DNA of 64,000 bases from Octopus sinensis. Lineage: Eukaryota. Every line of letters begins with the position of its first letter. Position 1 is the stretch's first letter. Below are positions 12,746 to 24,330 of the stretch, piece after piece. The notes beneath the pieces are model-generated. The model was not told where the DNA came from. It ran no database searches and was given only the letters and a program-made list of their open reading frames with translations. The position numbers and the translations under genes are program-made. The DNA lies in contig NC_042998.1 of NCBI RefSeq assembly GCF_006345805.1, positions 108,314,001 to 108,378,000 of the forward strand, in the 5' to 3' direction.

Positions 12746-14415
12746 CTAGCAGAATTGCCCGGCGATGCTCGGGGCTGAATTGCTTGAAAGTACTGTTAAT
12801 GATTGCACTGAATTATGATGATTACTCAGGCAAATATTGATATAAGTTTACGGCGAATGAATGTATTTGTAAGTGTATAGAAAGCCGTGTAAAGGGATTC
12901 CTAATCCCTCGTAGAATGGTGTAAGAATTGAATGCGAGGTTGCCTTGAAATACTAACGTGTTCGAAAATGATGAAACGTAATCCTATAAAACCTCCTTGT
13001 ACACAATGTTTTTTGTTTTTCGTTGTGGAACGAATGCGAAAGCATCACTGTTGCTGCCGACAGGTGAGCAGGCAACATAAAGCTGACCATGAGAGAAACA
13101 TGGCTCTCCCAAATGTATTCCCGCCACAGACAGTGTTTGACCTTGCGCTTTGTTAATTGACATTGCAAAACATGGCCTTACTGGGAACTGGGACCTCCGA
13201 AATATGAAAGGTAGGTCTGCTTCTGATGGGAAAAGATGCATCCTAGGTATGAGCACAACGTTGCCTCGACCGCACCCTGTGGTAATGGTGGCCTCAATTA
13301 GATTGGAAGATAAGAACTTAACGATGAACCGTGTGCCATTGCATTGTTTTGGGGGAACCAAATTTCTAATGAGCATTTTAGGGGCACCAACTTTAAGTTT
13401 GAAAATGTGTGGTGGTAGTCCGGGGGGCTCAAAGGAATTGAGTACCTCTATTGAATAGTTGATGACGTCCTCTGGGTCATGAGTTGTATCGATAGACTTA
13501 TATACATAGACATCCCCAGGAATGAGGTTTAGCATTTCATCATTAATATGGTGAACAATTTTATTCCTCGGGGCCAGAATAGCCCTTTGGCCAATCCAAT
13601 CCATATTCTGATAATTAGCTTGTAGATCTGGGAACACTGCATCTCTGAGATCAGAAGGCGTTTTAACAATGGTACAAATGGAATCGATGGCAATATTACC
13701 ATTTTAATCCCCTGGTATTCTGTGAGAAAATGCCGCTGATGTGATATCACGTCGCATATGAGCAGGCATATTGGTGTGAAGTTTGAGAGTCTTCACCAGT
13801 GGCCACAATGTGGATGACTTAAGACACGCACTTACTGCATCAGCTGTAGTCCCGTTGGGAATAACGGGAAGTGTTTGTCGGAAGTCCCCTGAAAGAAGAA
13901 GTGTTATGCCTCCCATGGGAGCTGAAGAGTGTTTGATGTCTCTGAGAGATCTATCTAGTGCCTCAAGAGCACCTCTGTGGGCCATCGTGCATTCATCCGA
14001 AACGATAAGCTTGCATCGTCTGAAGACTTCTGCCTGATCGGAGCTGTTACTGATGTTGCAAGTTGGTGTCTCAGTCTTCGCTAAGTCAAGCGGGAGCTTG
14101 AAAGTGGAGTGAGCTGTCCTGCTGCCTGGCAACAAAGTAGCCGCAATTCCAGATGATGCCACAGCTAGGGCAATGCCTTGTGTTCGCCTAATCTCAGCCA
14201 ATATTAATTTGTTGACAAAAGTTTTCCCAGTGCCCCCAGGAGCGTCCAGGAAAAAATCCCTCCAGCTTTGGCCCGGACTGAATTAACAACGGAGTTGTAA
14301 GCGAACTTCTGTTCTGGAAGGAGCTTTGGCTCGTTGTCGGCTATGTACTCGGCAAGCTCGTCAACATTAAAAAATGTCTCACGCAGCAAATGTGAAGACA
14401 GAGTGTTTGTGCCTA
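12746..14415 (-). mobile_element. Helitron 3' portion: Pif1-like helicase pseudogene plus canonical 3' terminus
   Basis: FLDAPGGTGKT, VASSGIAATLL, DECTM, GDFRQTLPV, NGTR, FAMSINKAQGQTL and FSHGQLYVACS motifs. 3' end has a GC hairpin (12757-12775) then CTAG (12746-12749) followed by T on the minus strand. Rep domain absent; frameshifts. Confidence 0.95.
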
Positions 14416-14500
14416 CACATGCCAAGTCACCACACAGTGGGACTGAACCCAGGACCATGTGTTTGGAACGTAGTTTGTTACCACACAGCCACACCTGCCC
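14416..14500 (-). mobile_element. tRNA-like SINE head at the 5' break of the Helitron
   Basis: Minus strand gtggctgtgtggtaa (A box)...gggttcagtcc (B box)...cttggcatgtg; same family as 30590-30740. Confidence 0.8.
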
Positions 14501-16190
14501 CTATGTATGTGTGTGTGTGTGTGTGTGTGTGCGTATGTGTGTATGGGTAGATATATTATGCATGTATATATGTGTATATATATATGTGTACATATTACAT
14601 GCACATCTATGTATATACATCATCACATAAAATACAAAATACAAAGTTATATCTTGATATAACAATACTCAAAATATATAACAGGCTGGAATTGTAGGCC
14701 CTTCTCTTGCAATTTCGATCAATTGGATCTTGTCCTCCCTCTTGTATAGAAGTGTACGGCTGCAGCGAAATTCATTTTTGGACTTTCTTCTATCGAAGGC
14801 ATTTTAACAAAAATGCTTCCGTAAAGACGGTGAAAATATTGTCAATTTCCCCAAACAGGGACACAATTAAATTTTTAAACAATAACCAAAGCCCCTTCTC
14901 CGAAAGGGGGAGGGTTACGGTTTACAATTATTTAACAAATGCAACACAACAACGTTTCCCTGACGAGGAACCAACAAACTTGATTACAATAGTCAAACAG
15001 TAATAATAATAATAACAACAAATCTTTTTAATTTATCCCTATTTATGTGAAACCACTTATTCAAGTTCAAGTCATTGATGCAATTTTATACGAATTGCTA
15101 ATACACATACACACATAATAAGGGTGAAAAATTGAATATTAATTTGATTAATATGAATTGAAAAGCAGTGGTGTAGCATATAAGACCATAGCGGATCTTC
15201 CTCTAGCAAAAAGGATGACCAGTATTAATGGCTCATCCCTGTTATATAAATACTTTCACTTTAATTGTTGCACACTTGCAAAGAGAAAGGAGGAGAAAGT
15301 GTAGTGGTAATGGAAGGAGTGAAGCACTTGAAATGAGAGAGGGAAATCGTAAAATATTGAGTTTTCTCGAATTTTTGCTTAATTGGGGTGAAATTGAAAA
15401 AACTTTACACCCAATCGAATCTACTTGGAAAAATCATAGGTAAATTCCAATTGAAGAAATTCTATATTGTAGAATTGTATTAAAAAGAAACATGGGAACA
15501 GGCAGAGAAAATCTGCCGTTTATCATAAGAAATATGAATGCAGGGGAGACAAAGAAGCGAAGCAGAAAGGCGAAGAAGAGAAGAAGGGCAGAATATGTTA
15601 AAAAAATGGCTGAAAGAAACAAAAGAAAAAGCAAAAGAAGATCCATAAGAATGAGAAGTGGCAGTAGCAGCCGCAGCAGTGACGATAGTAGTAGTAGTAA
15701 CAGTAGTCGTAAAAGACATAATAGAAACGAGCTAGTTAATTAGATTTATGATAATTACAAGAGGAAATTATTTTTGTTAATTTCGAATTATCTTGAAAAT
15801 ATAATTAAGGCGTGGTAGAAATTTGTGGTGAAGGAGTATGAAGAAAACAGACCTAGAGCTGGAGATCAAAACATTAGTTCTATATCAGGAAATGATAATT
15901 TCACAAACAAAATTAAAAAAAAGTTTCTCGATCTATTTTCCTTGTGTGTTTCAAACTATGATTCCCTCTCTCTATCACTTCTTTTTTCCTCTCTGTCCCC
16001 TCTTTCTCCCTTTCCCTCTCCCATTCTCTCTATATGTATGTGTGTGTGTGTATAAGTAATTATGTATATATCGATATATATATATATCAGTTTACACCGA
16101 TATGTATAAATATATATTTATGCATATCTTCTTCTTCTTCTTCTTCTTCTTCTTCTTCTTCTTCTTCTTCTTCTTTTCTCCTTCTTATTG

Positions 16191-16734
16191 TGTGAGCGAG
16201 CAGTGCATGCCATCAAAGTGACACTGGGGTAAAATATACGAAACCCAGTATACCCATCATGATAAGGGTATAGTAGGCACATGCATCACAACCATATGTG
16301 CACAACATGGTGATCTCATATCAAGATTAACAGCGCATGACCTTGCAGGTGGGACCCAGTTAGAATTTTCTTCAGGCTTAGTAGCCCATCTCACTCAAAA
16401 GGTCCCTGAATAACGTTGTTTAAAGATGTTGGACAAAACACCCATGTTTCCAGAGGTGAATTATCCAAACCCCAATGAATCTCTCTCAACGCATGGCTAT
16501 GATACACCCCGACTACTTCTTCTCGTGATCAGAGATGCACATATCGTCAGCCACTAAGGGACATGTTCAACCGGATAAGGCCAAACAATTGACAAGGAAA
16601 TCTGTGGTATTGAGCAGAATATTTGCTGTAGCGCATATTTTATACCAAGACAAAGCAATGTACATGATAACACTTCCAATCAGTTAAGATAAGAAGCCAT
16701 GACAGCCACTGCCTAGTACTGCATCAGGGCATTT
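16191..16734 (+). mobile_element. ~545-bp non-coding interspersed retro-element ending in (ATT)n (copy 1, apparently full length)
   Basis: Closely similar to 39431-39974 from gagcagtgcatgccatcaaa to tactgcatcagggcattt. Flanked by (TTC)n and by (ATT)n (16731-16836). Confidence 0.88.
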
Positions 16735-16774
16735 ATTATTATTATTATTATTATTGTTATTATTATTATTATTA

Positions 16775-16836
<62 letters not shown>

Positions 16837-17206
16837 TATGTTTGACTTTTGCTTTATATTTGTACAAGTTGGCTCCAAGTCTCACCCAGAGACCTCAAGA
16901 GACAACAGGGTTGGAAGTTCATGTTGTTGTTATGCCTAGTGTGCCATATATTTGGGGGGGGGATGTTGTACTAATGAATGTCTAAAAAAAAAAGTTTTTT
17001 TTTTTTTTTTTTTTTAAAACGAAAATTATGGTTGTTTTAAACCTTGAGTTAAACCTTGAGTTAAACCGAAAATTATGGTTGTTTTTGGTTATTATTATTA
17101 TTATTACTATTATTATTATTACTATTATTATTATTATCATTATTATTATTGTTGTTGTTGTTGTTGTCATTATTATTATTATTATTGTTTGTTGTTGTTG
17201 TTGTTG

Positions 17207-17249
<43 letters not shown>

Positions 17250-17278
17250 TATTACCGCCATTTACATAGATGTATAAG

Positions 17279-17326
17279 GGGTGATCATTTCTACATGCTG
17301 CGTTGGATACGATGGTTGTTCGCCAG
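17279..17326 (+). other. Candidate 48-nt (or 57-nt, from 17270) exon
   Basis: Strong donor CCAG|gtatgt; acceptors catag| or tataag|. The phase 1-1 frame reads GVIISTCCVGYDGCSP; the 57-nt phase 2-2 frame reads CIRGDHFYMLRWIRWLFAR. CpG-retaining island in AT-rich repeats. Confidence 0.3.
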
Positions 17327-17668
17327 GTATGTTTTTGTTCATTCATTATAAATCTTGAATTATGTTTGCACTGAGGAGAAAAGAGTGCACACCACTGCAT
17401 TGAGTACGGAATCACAGGTGATATGCAGCTGAAATATGTTTTTAAATGACTTGCTTCGAGAGTTGCAACTGGTACGATATGTTTATTTATTTTAGTAGTT
17501 TTGACTTTAAGAGTCCCTCCTGGCGTGTGACAATTTTGTGTAACGATGCCTTCTATATAATATAAATAAATATATTTAAGTGAAAAATAGTTGGACTTTT
17601 TCTCTTATGAGGCTTTTCACGCTAACTACTTGATACATTCTTATGAAGATTTTATCCTATTTTTAAAT

Positions 17669-17669
<1 letters not shown>

Positions 17670-17709
<40 letters not shown>

Positions 17710-17758
17710 GTATATATATATATATGTATATTTATGTATATATATGTATATATATATG

Positions 17759-17819
<61 letters not shown>

Positions 17820-17820
17820 T
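17670..17820. repeat. (TA)n/(TATG)n microsatellite
   Basis: Directly visible. Confidence 0.97.
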
Positions 17821-18115
17821 ATGTGTGTATGTGTATGTGTGTGTGAGAGAGAGAGAGTGAGGGAGAGTAAGAGCGAGAGACTCACACAGATACATGTATG
17901 TGTAACGTATATACTTTTATTCATATTTATGCCACATATGATCGAATATTTCGACGCTGATAAACATATGCAACGCATATTCGGACCTAACATATTCGCA
18001 CATAGTCACAAGGGAGCACATACACACATGCACACACGCATACACAGAAACGCACATACACAGAAACGCACACACTCAAACACACACAGACTTCCAATTT
18101 CAAACCGTAGATATA

Positions 18116-18329
18116 CTTTTCTACTCTAGGCACAAGGCCCAAAATATTTTGGGGAGGGGGCCTGTTGGTTAGATCGATTCCAGTACGCAACCGGTAATTA
18201 ATTTATCGACCCCAAAAGGATGAAAAGCTAAGTCGATCTCGGCGGAATTTGAACTCAGAGCATAAAGACAGACGAAGTACCGCTAAGCATTTCGCCCGGA
18301 GTGCTAAAGTTTCTGCCAGTTCGCAGCCC
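18116..18329 (-). mobile_element. tRNA-derived SINE monomer with degenerate TSD
   Basis: Head with A/B boxes and the gcctttcatcctttcggggtcgataa-like core; tail ..gggccttgtgcctagagtag. TSD ttcaaa(c/t)cgta..tata at 18099-18115 and 18330-18346. Confidence 0.9.
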
Positions 18330-18814
18330 TTCAAATCGTATTTATAGAAAACTCCCCAAATAGTATGGTACACACGTGCGCGCGTGCGCACTCACACACA
18401 TGTACATGCAATTTCTATATATTCTCAATTCACAATCTGCACACTAAAACGGGTATGAACACACACACACACACACACACACGCGCGCGCACTTTAATTG
18501 CTGGCAGATATATGTACGCTCCAAAGCAACAATCATACAAAAACAGCTGAGAGTTAACTCCCTTGCTACTTATAAAACCTTTTCTTTTCCCCCAGTTACT
18601 GCTTTTCTAATTTCCAGCCATTTTGATCATGACCAAAGACGAAAGCATATTTCTCTATGATTCCATTCGCTTCTTTTTCTCTTCATGCTTTACAGTCCTA
18701 ATTTCAGAAAAGTAATTAACGTTAGAGCATCTGACAATTAGTTTGATACATCTCGTCTTGCGTCAAACAAATAAACAAATAAACAAATGTGTCTATATGA
18801 ATAAAATGTATATA

Positions 18815-18885
<71 letters not shown>

Positions 18886-19353
18886 AAATAAGCAACAAGG
18901 ATATCCAGAGGTAATGCAGTACGATCGTTTCATGCAACTCCATTTAATTGAACAATGCAATCATTACATCAATTTAAAATGTAGAGCAATCTTCAGCTGC
19001 ATAAAGACATAGAATTTTGTTAAATTAGAACAGATGGACACATTAGTATAATTATATCTAAAATCTCCAAGAAGTGAAGGAGATAGACAAAGAACATGTT
19101 GTACCTACAACAGCATAGCCGTAACTAAAATTTTCAAGAAGAAACTGCCTGTCACTGATGTTTTGCTTTTTTTATGGGGTCATTTTTAACTTATAGACTA
19201 GTTTATCAAACTCTTGTATATCTAAGGCTGAGAGAAACAGAGGGAAGTATCTGTTTGGAGTAGGGTTGAGGGAGTAGACAGACATTCTAGTTGGTATAGT
19301 CATAAAAATCAAGATATATTAGAAGCAATGTCATGAGGTTTAGTAAGATGTTA

Positions 19354-19452
19354 TCTGATAATTAAACCTATAAATGATCTGATAATTAAACCTATAAAAT
19401 AAGCTGTTAATTAAACCTATAAAATAAGCTGTTAATTAAACCTATAAAACAA
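19354..19452. repeat. Minisatellite, 4 units of 24-25 bp
   Basis: (t/g)ctg(a/t)taattaaacctataaa.. repeated at 19354, 19378, 19403 and 19428. Confidence 0.9.
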
Positions 19453-20192
19453 CCCTAAATTTAAAAAAAGATTAGTGTAAAATAACTTAAATATTCCTTT
19501 AGCCGATACCAAACATCAGTCTTTTATAGATATTAGCTAAATAAGTAAATATAATTTTTAGTCTAATATATTTTGAACTATTATACTTTTTTCTAAAATA
19601 TCTTCTCTATTGGTGTTGACAAGCTACATATACTTTACCATAGTATTTGTAATTAAGCCATTTTATTCCTTTTCTACGGTGTTCTGCCCTTGATTAATTT
19701 ATTTTATTTTATAATTATCCTTTATCTATTTATAAAATTATTCTAAGTTTTGTATCTCTATAAACTATACTGATATATTCCCTACTTATAAAAAAACTGC
19801 TTAGAATAAAATTTTATTAATATATAATTAGCATGTTCTTTTACCTAAATACTCCTTTATTAATACCAGTAAATATCATTTAATCAATATTCACTGATAC
19901 CATCTGATGAGTTAGTATTTAAGTATACAATATGCAGAAATATCAAACTATTTCTATATAATTTCGTTTCCTCCCTCTATTATGGCAAAAGTTTGATATA
20001 TACTCAAAAGTATTCATTAATTTCTATCCTTTTGTTAAAATATTCTTCTTAATCTTTTGAATAACCCTAAACGTTAACTGTATACAATATAGCAACATTG
20101 TTTTAAAGTATTTAACTGTAGTGCTACATGATAAGACTTCCCCTGTTTCATTATAAATAGTCTGCTTGTGGGCGACCCCTTAATTATCAGCT

Positions 20193-20305
20193 ATTAATAA
20201 TAATAATAATAACAACAACAACAACAACAACAACAACAACGACGACGACGACGACGACAACAACAACAACAAACAACAACAACAACAATAATAATAACTA
20301 TAATA
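20193..20305. repeat. Compound (AAT)n(AAC)n(GAC)n microsatellite
   Basis: Directly visible. Confidence 0.95.
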
Positions 20306-20344
20306 AACGAAAATACGAAATTTATCACTTTTATGAAAGGAGAT

Positions 20345-21520
20345 AATTAAGCCTGACCTTGAGCTTTATTAATAGACATTGCAAAGCAAAGTCGCATTGA
20401 GAATTGTGTCCATTTGAATTCAAATGGTATGTCTGTTGGCTTGATAGGAATTCTTCGAATGAAAGCCTCTTCCTCAGAGGCACATCCAATGATGATGGTA
20501 GCTGCTGTCACATTAGGTGGTAATGTCTTCATAATAAACCGTGTCTCATTGCATAATTTAGGATCTAAATATTTTAGAATCATTTTTAGGATTCCTACCT
20601 TCAGGAAAATTTTATGTGGAGGAGTTCCTAGTGGCTCAAGAGAATTCAGGAACTCTGTTGGGTAATGAACAGCTTGATTTTCATCAAGGACTAAATCAGC
20701 TGATTTCTACTTCTTAATGACTGTTGGAATCTCATTCATTAATTCATGGTTAATTCTTGCTAATGTCTCATTTTTTGGAGCAAGAATTGCCCTTTCACAC
20801 AACCATTTATGTGAACTATAATTATTACTTAAGTCTGGAAATACCCTGTACTTCAATTCAGTTGGGGGATTCACCATGATAGCAATATGACCCAAACTGA
20901 TATCACCATTCCCATCAAATGGTACTTTCCCATTTCCTAATTGGAGTAGCCAGGTTTTAAACTGTTTTGCACATGACCCCCATGTAATAAGGGTCGCACA
21001 TTAGTACTGAAGGAGAATTTCAGTACTTTATTCCATAGGTGTGAAGACTTAATGCAATGCTTTTGTTTCCTTAGATCTTGTTCGTCACGGAATGGCAGGT
21101 AATGTCTGTATGAAGTCTCCTGATAAAACTAATGTAACTCCTCCCATAGATTTATTGTTACCTCTGATGTTCTGTAAGGTCTTACCAAGAGCATCCATTG
21201 CACCTGTATGTGACATGGTGCATTCATCTCAAATGATAAGGTGGCATTGACACAACACTTCTGGTGAACCTGAATCTTTGCTTATGTTACAAATTGAATT
21301 GTCATTTGCGATCAGGTTTAGCAGCAATCTAAAAGTAGAATGAGCTGTTCAGCCTCCTGGGAGAATGGTGGCAGCAAAGCCAGACAATGGCACAGCAACT
21401 GCAATTCTCTTTTGCTACCTTATCATGGAGAGAAGCAATGTTACAAATATTTTATCTGTGTCACCAGGAGCATCAAGAAAGAAAATTCCTCTGCTTTTTT
21501 CTGGCGATTGTGGAACGCTG
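20345..21520 (-). mobile_element. Second Helitron helicase pseudogene (different family), truncated at both ends
   Basis: GIFFLDAPGDTDK, DECTMSH, GGVTLVLSGDFIQTLP, WLCERAILAPKN, CNETR and FAMSINKAQGQ motifs with multiple stops. Confidence 0.93.
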
Positions 21521-21601
21521 CACACACGCTCGTACGCACTCACGCACACACACACACATGCACACACATACATACAGTATCAAACATCAGATGAAATGGG
21601 C

Positions 21602-21656
<55 letters not shown>

Positions 21657-21773
21657 GAGAAAGAACGAGTGAAGGGGTGTGTTGTCATGTATACGTACAT
21701 ACATAAATAGGCATACATCTTTCTTGTATATGTGCGAGAGAGAGAGGAGAAAGAGAGAGTGTCACTTAGACAC

Positions 21774-21822
<49 letters not shown>

Positions 21823-22654
21823 GTACACATATATAGAAAAGTGAATCATAAATATAAAGCAATAATCAAATGAAGACCCTATTATATGTCCAAGGTCAAA
21901 TTATTCATGCATCACAATTATGGAAGTAATTAGTGAAGCCGTTTTCACGTGAAAAGGGAATACACAAATATCTTTATTTTATATATATATATATATATTT
22001 ATTTATTTATATATACACGCATATACAAATATAGGTATGTGTATGTGTGTGTATGTGCCTGTCTGTGTGGTATGTGTGTCTGTGTGGTGTGTGTGTCTGT
22101 GTGGTGTGTGTGTCTGTGTGTATGCATGTATATATATGTATATAGAACTTTGATATGTTAGTATACATGTACACAACATTATAACGCAACCAATTGCTCT
22201 TTAGGGGAAAATTTCGCTATACCCTAAAATTACAAGTTTTCTTATGGGCAGTAAACTCTTGCACCTTATAGGTCTCATTGTGGTTTGTGCTATCATTAAT
22301 CTTACAGGTGGAAACAGGGATACTAACCTCACTTAGTCGGGCTTATAGTTATTGCCGGTGAACGGGCTTATAGTTATTGCCGGTGAACGGGCTTAATCTA
22401 AAACAGCGTGGATGGTGTTTATTCCGAGACCAGACCTGTTAGCATTCCGAGGACCTGCACTGTGAAACTCAACGGTAGTATTTAGCACATTACTGGTTTT
22501 GTTAGATAAAGTGGCAGTGGTAGGACGTGTTGTATTCGGGTTTATAGCGTCTCTAGGGGTATAAGAGTCAGAAGACATTTTTCGCCTTCGCTACACCGTA
22601 GCCATTGGTTCTAGTGTTGCTAATTCGAGGGGCATTAGTGGTGTTCGGACGATT

Positions 22655-23025
22655 CTTCTCTACCCTAGGCACAAAGCCCGAAGTTTTGGGGATTAGATTG
22701 ATCCCAGTGCGTAACTGGTACTTGATCTATCGAACCCGAAAGACTGAAAGGCAAAGTCGACCTCGGCGGAATTTGAACTCAGAACGTAGCGGCAGACAAA
22801 ATACCAATTTCTTTACTACCCACAAGGGGCTAAACACAGAGGGGACAAACAAGGACAGACAAACGGATTAAGTCGATTACATCGACACCAGTGCGTAATT
22901 GGTACTTAATTTATCGACCCCGAAAGGATGAAAGGCAAAGTCGACCTCGGCGGAATTTGAACTCAGACGAAATACGGCTACGCATTTCGCCCGGCGTGCT
23001 AACGTTTCTGTCAGCTCGCCGCCTT
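22655..23025 (-). mobile_element. tRNA-derived SINE heterodimer with ~14-bp TSD
   Basis: A full monomer with the ccccttgtgggtagtaaagaa tail is joined at 22805/22806 to a headless monomer with the gggctttgtgcctagggtag tail. TSD gt(g/a)t(t/c)cggacgatt at 22641-22654 and 23027-23040. Confidence 0.9.
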
Positions 23026-23153
23026 AGTATCCGGACGATTACTAAAGCAAGGGGTAGGGCTGTGCTGGTCCATGGTGTTACCACCTACACGTTTATATAC
23101 ACATGCAAATACATATATACATGCAGACAGACATACATATATGTGTGTCTCTG

Positions 23154-23192
<39 letters not shown>

Positions 23193-23194
23193 TC

Positions 23195-23232
<38 letters not shown>

Positions 23233-24034
23233 GTATGTGTGCGTATATATATATATTCAACCATTTATATGTATTTTACATACAGCTGCGATAGTCTAAT
23301 GATTAGATTGGTAGCTGACGAACGTCACACGGTGTTTAGAATTTATCTTGCTTGTTCCTGTTAAAGATTCCAATATTATGTATAAAAATTATGGAGATTT
23401 ACGGATTATGAACAGGTTGTAAATCATTTGTAATTATTACTTAGTATAGGCATGTTATAGTCGTACTTCTAAAATGTATGGAATATGGTGACTTGAACAC
23501 CGATATGTGACATTTGCAGTGTCATTACTTCACCAATATTTACCGTCGGTCGATTAATTATTGTGCGACAAGGAGGAAAAATTTGGAAATGGAAGTTTTT
23601 CCTTTCTTTTGTTTTAGCTTTTTTGTTTTGTTTTTCTTATAACGGCAACAGAAATAAATTACCAGTTTTTGAATTACTTCCTATTAATTTCTGCCCATTT
23701 ATCTCGTTTGTTGTTGAGATAAATACAATTGAAAAATCATTATACAAAATATTGAAGTTTTGCTTTTTACCCAATACCTTTTTTTTTCAAACTGAACAAT
23801 ATTAAATAAAACACCAGATCTGAAATATTTTTCTTCGATGATAAATTGTGCTTGAAATAAATACTAAAAGAAGATAAAATCCCCGAAAGTTATTCCAGTA
23901 CATGTTTTCACAAATATAAAGCTACTTAGAGATAATTTTTCTTTTCACGTATTTTAATATAAATAATAGAATTTGATTTTACATATTTAGGCTTGTAGAT
24001 TTCTTCTAGCATTCGTCTTAACATAATAATAATA

Positions 24035-24095
<61 letters not shown>

Positions 24096-24330
24096 CTGTT
24101 GCAGTACCAGACGGTAGCTCTCATGGCTTCTGATCTTAACTGATTGGAAGTGTTATCACGTACATTGTTTTGTTTTGGTATAAAAGATGGGCTACAACAA
24201 ATATTCTCCCCAATACCACAGATTTGCTTGTCAGTTGTTTGACCTAAACCAGTTGAGCATATCCTTTGGTGGCTGCAATATGCGCATCTTTGATCATGAG
24301 TAGAAGTAGTAGGGAAGCATCACAGCTATA
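24096..24330 (-). mobile_element. Truncated copy of the (ATT)n-associated element
   Basis: Reverse complement of the terminal ~235 bp of 16191-16734; abuts the (AAT)n array at 24025-24095. Confidence 0.88.

Noticed and set aside
14955-14985. ctgacgag near acgtttc, a possible hammerhead
   Set aside because: The CUGANGA and GAAAC elements are on opposite strands, so no hammerhead fold is possible.
15492-15743. 83-aa K/R/S-rich ORF resembling an SR or protamine-like protein
   Set aside because: It derives from purine-rich low-complexity and (AGT)n sequence, with no splice or promoter context.
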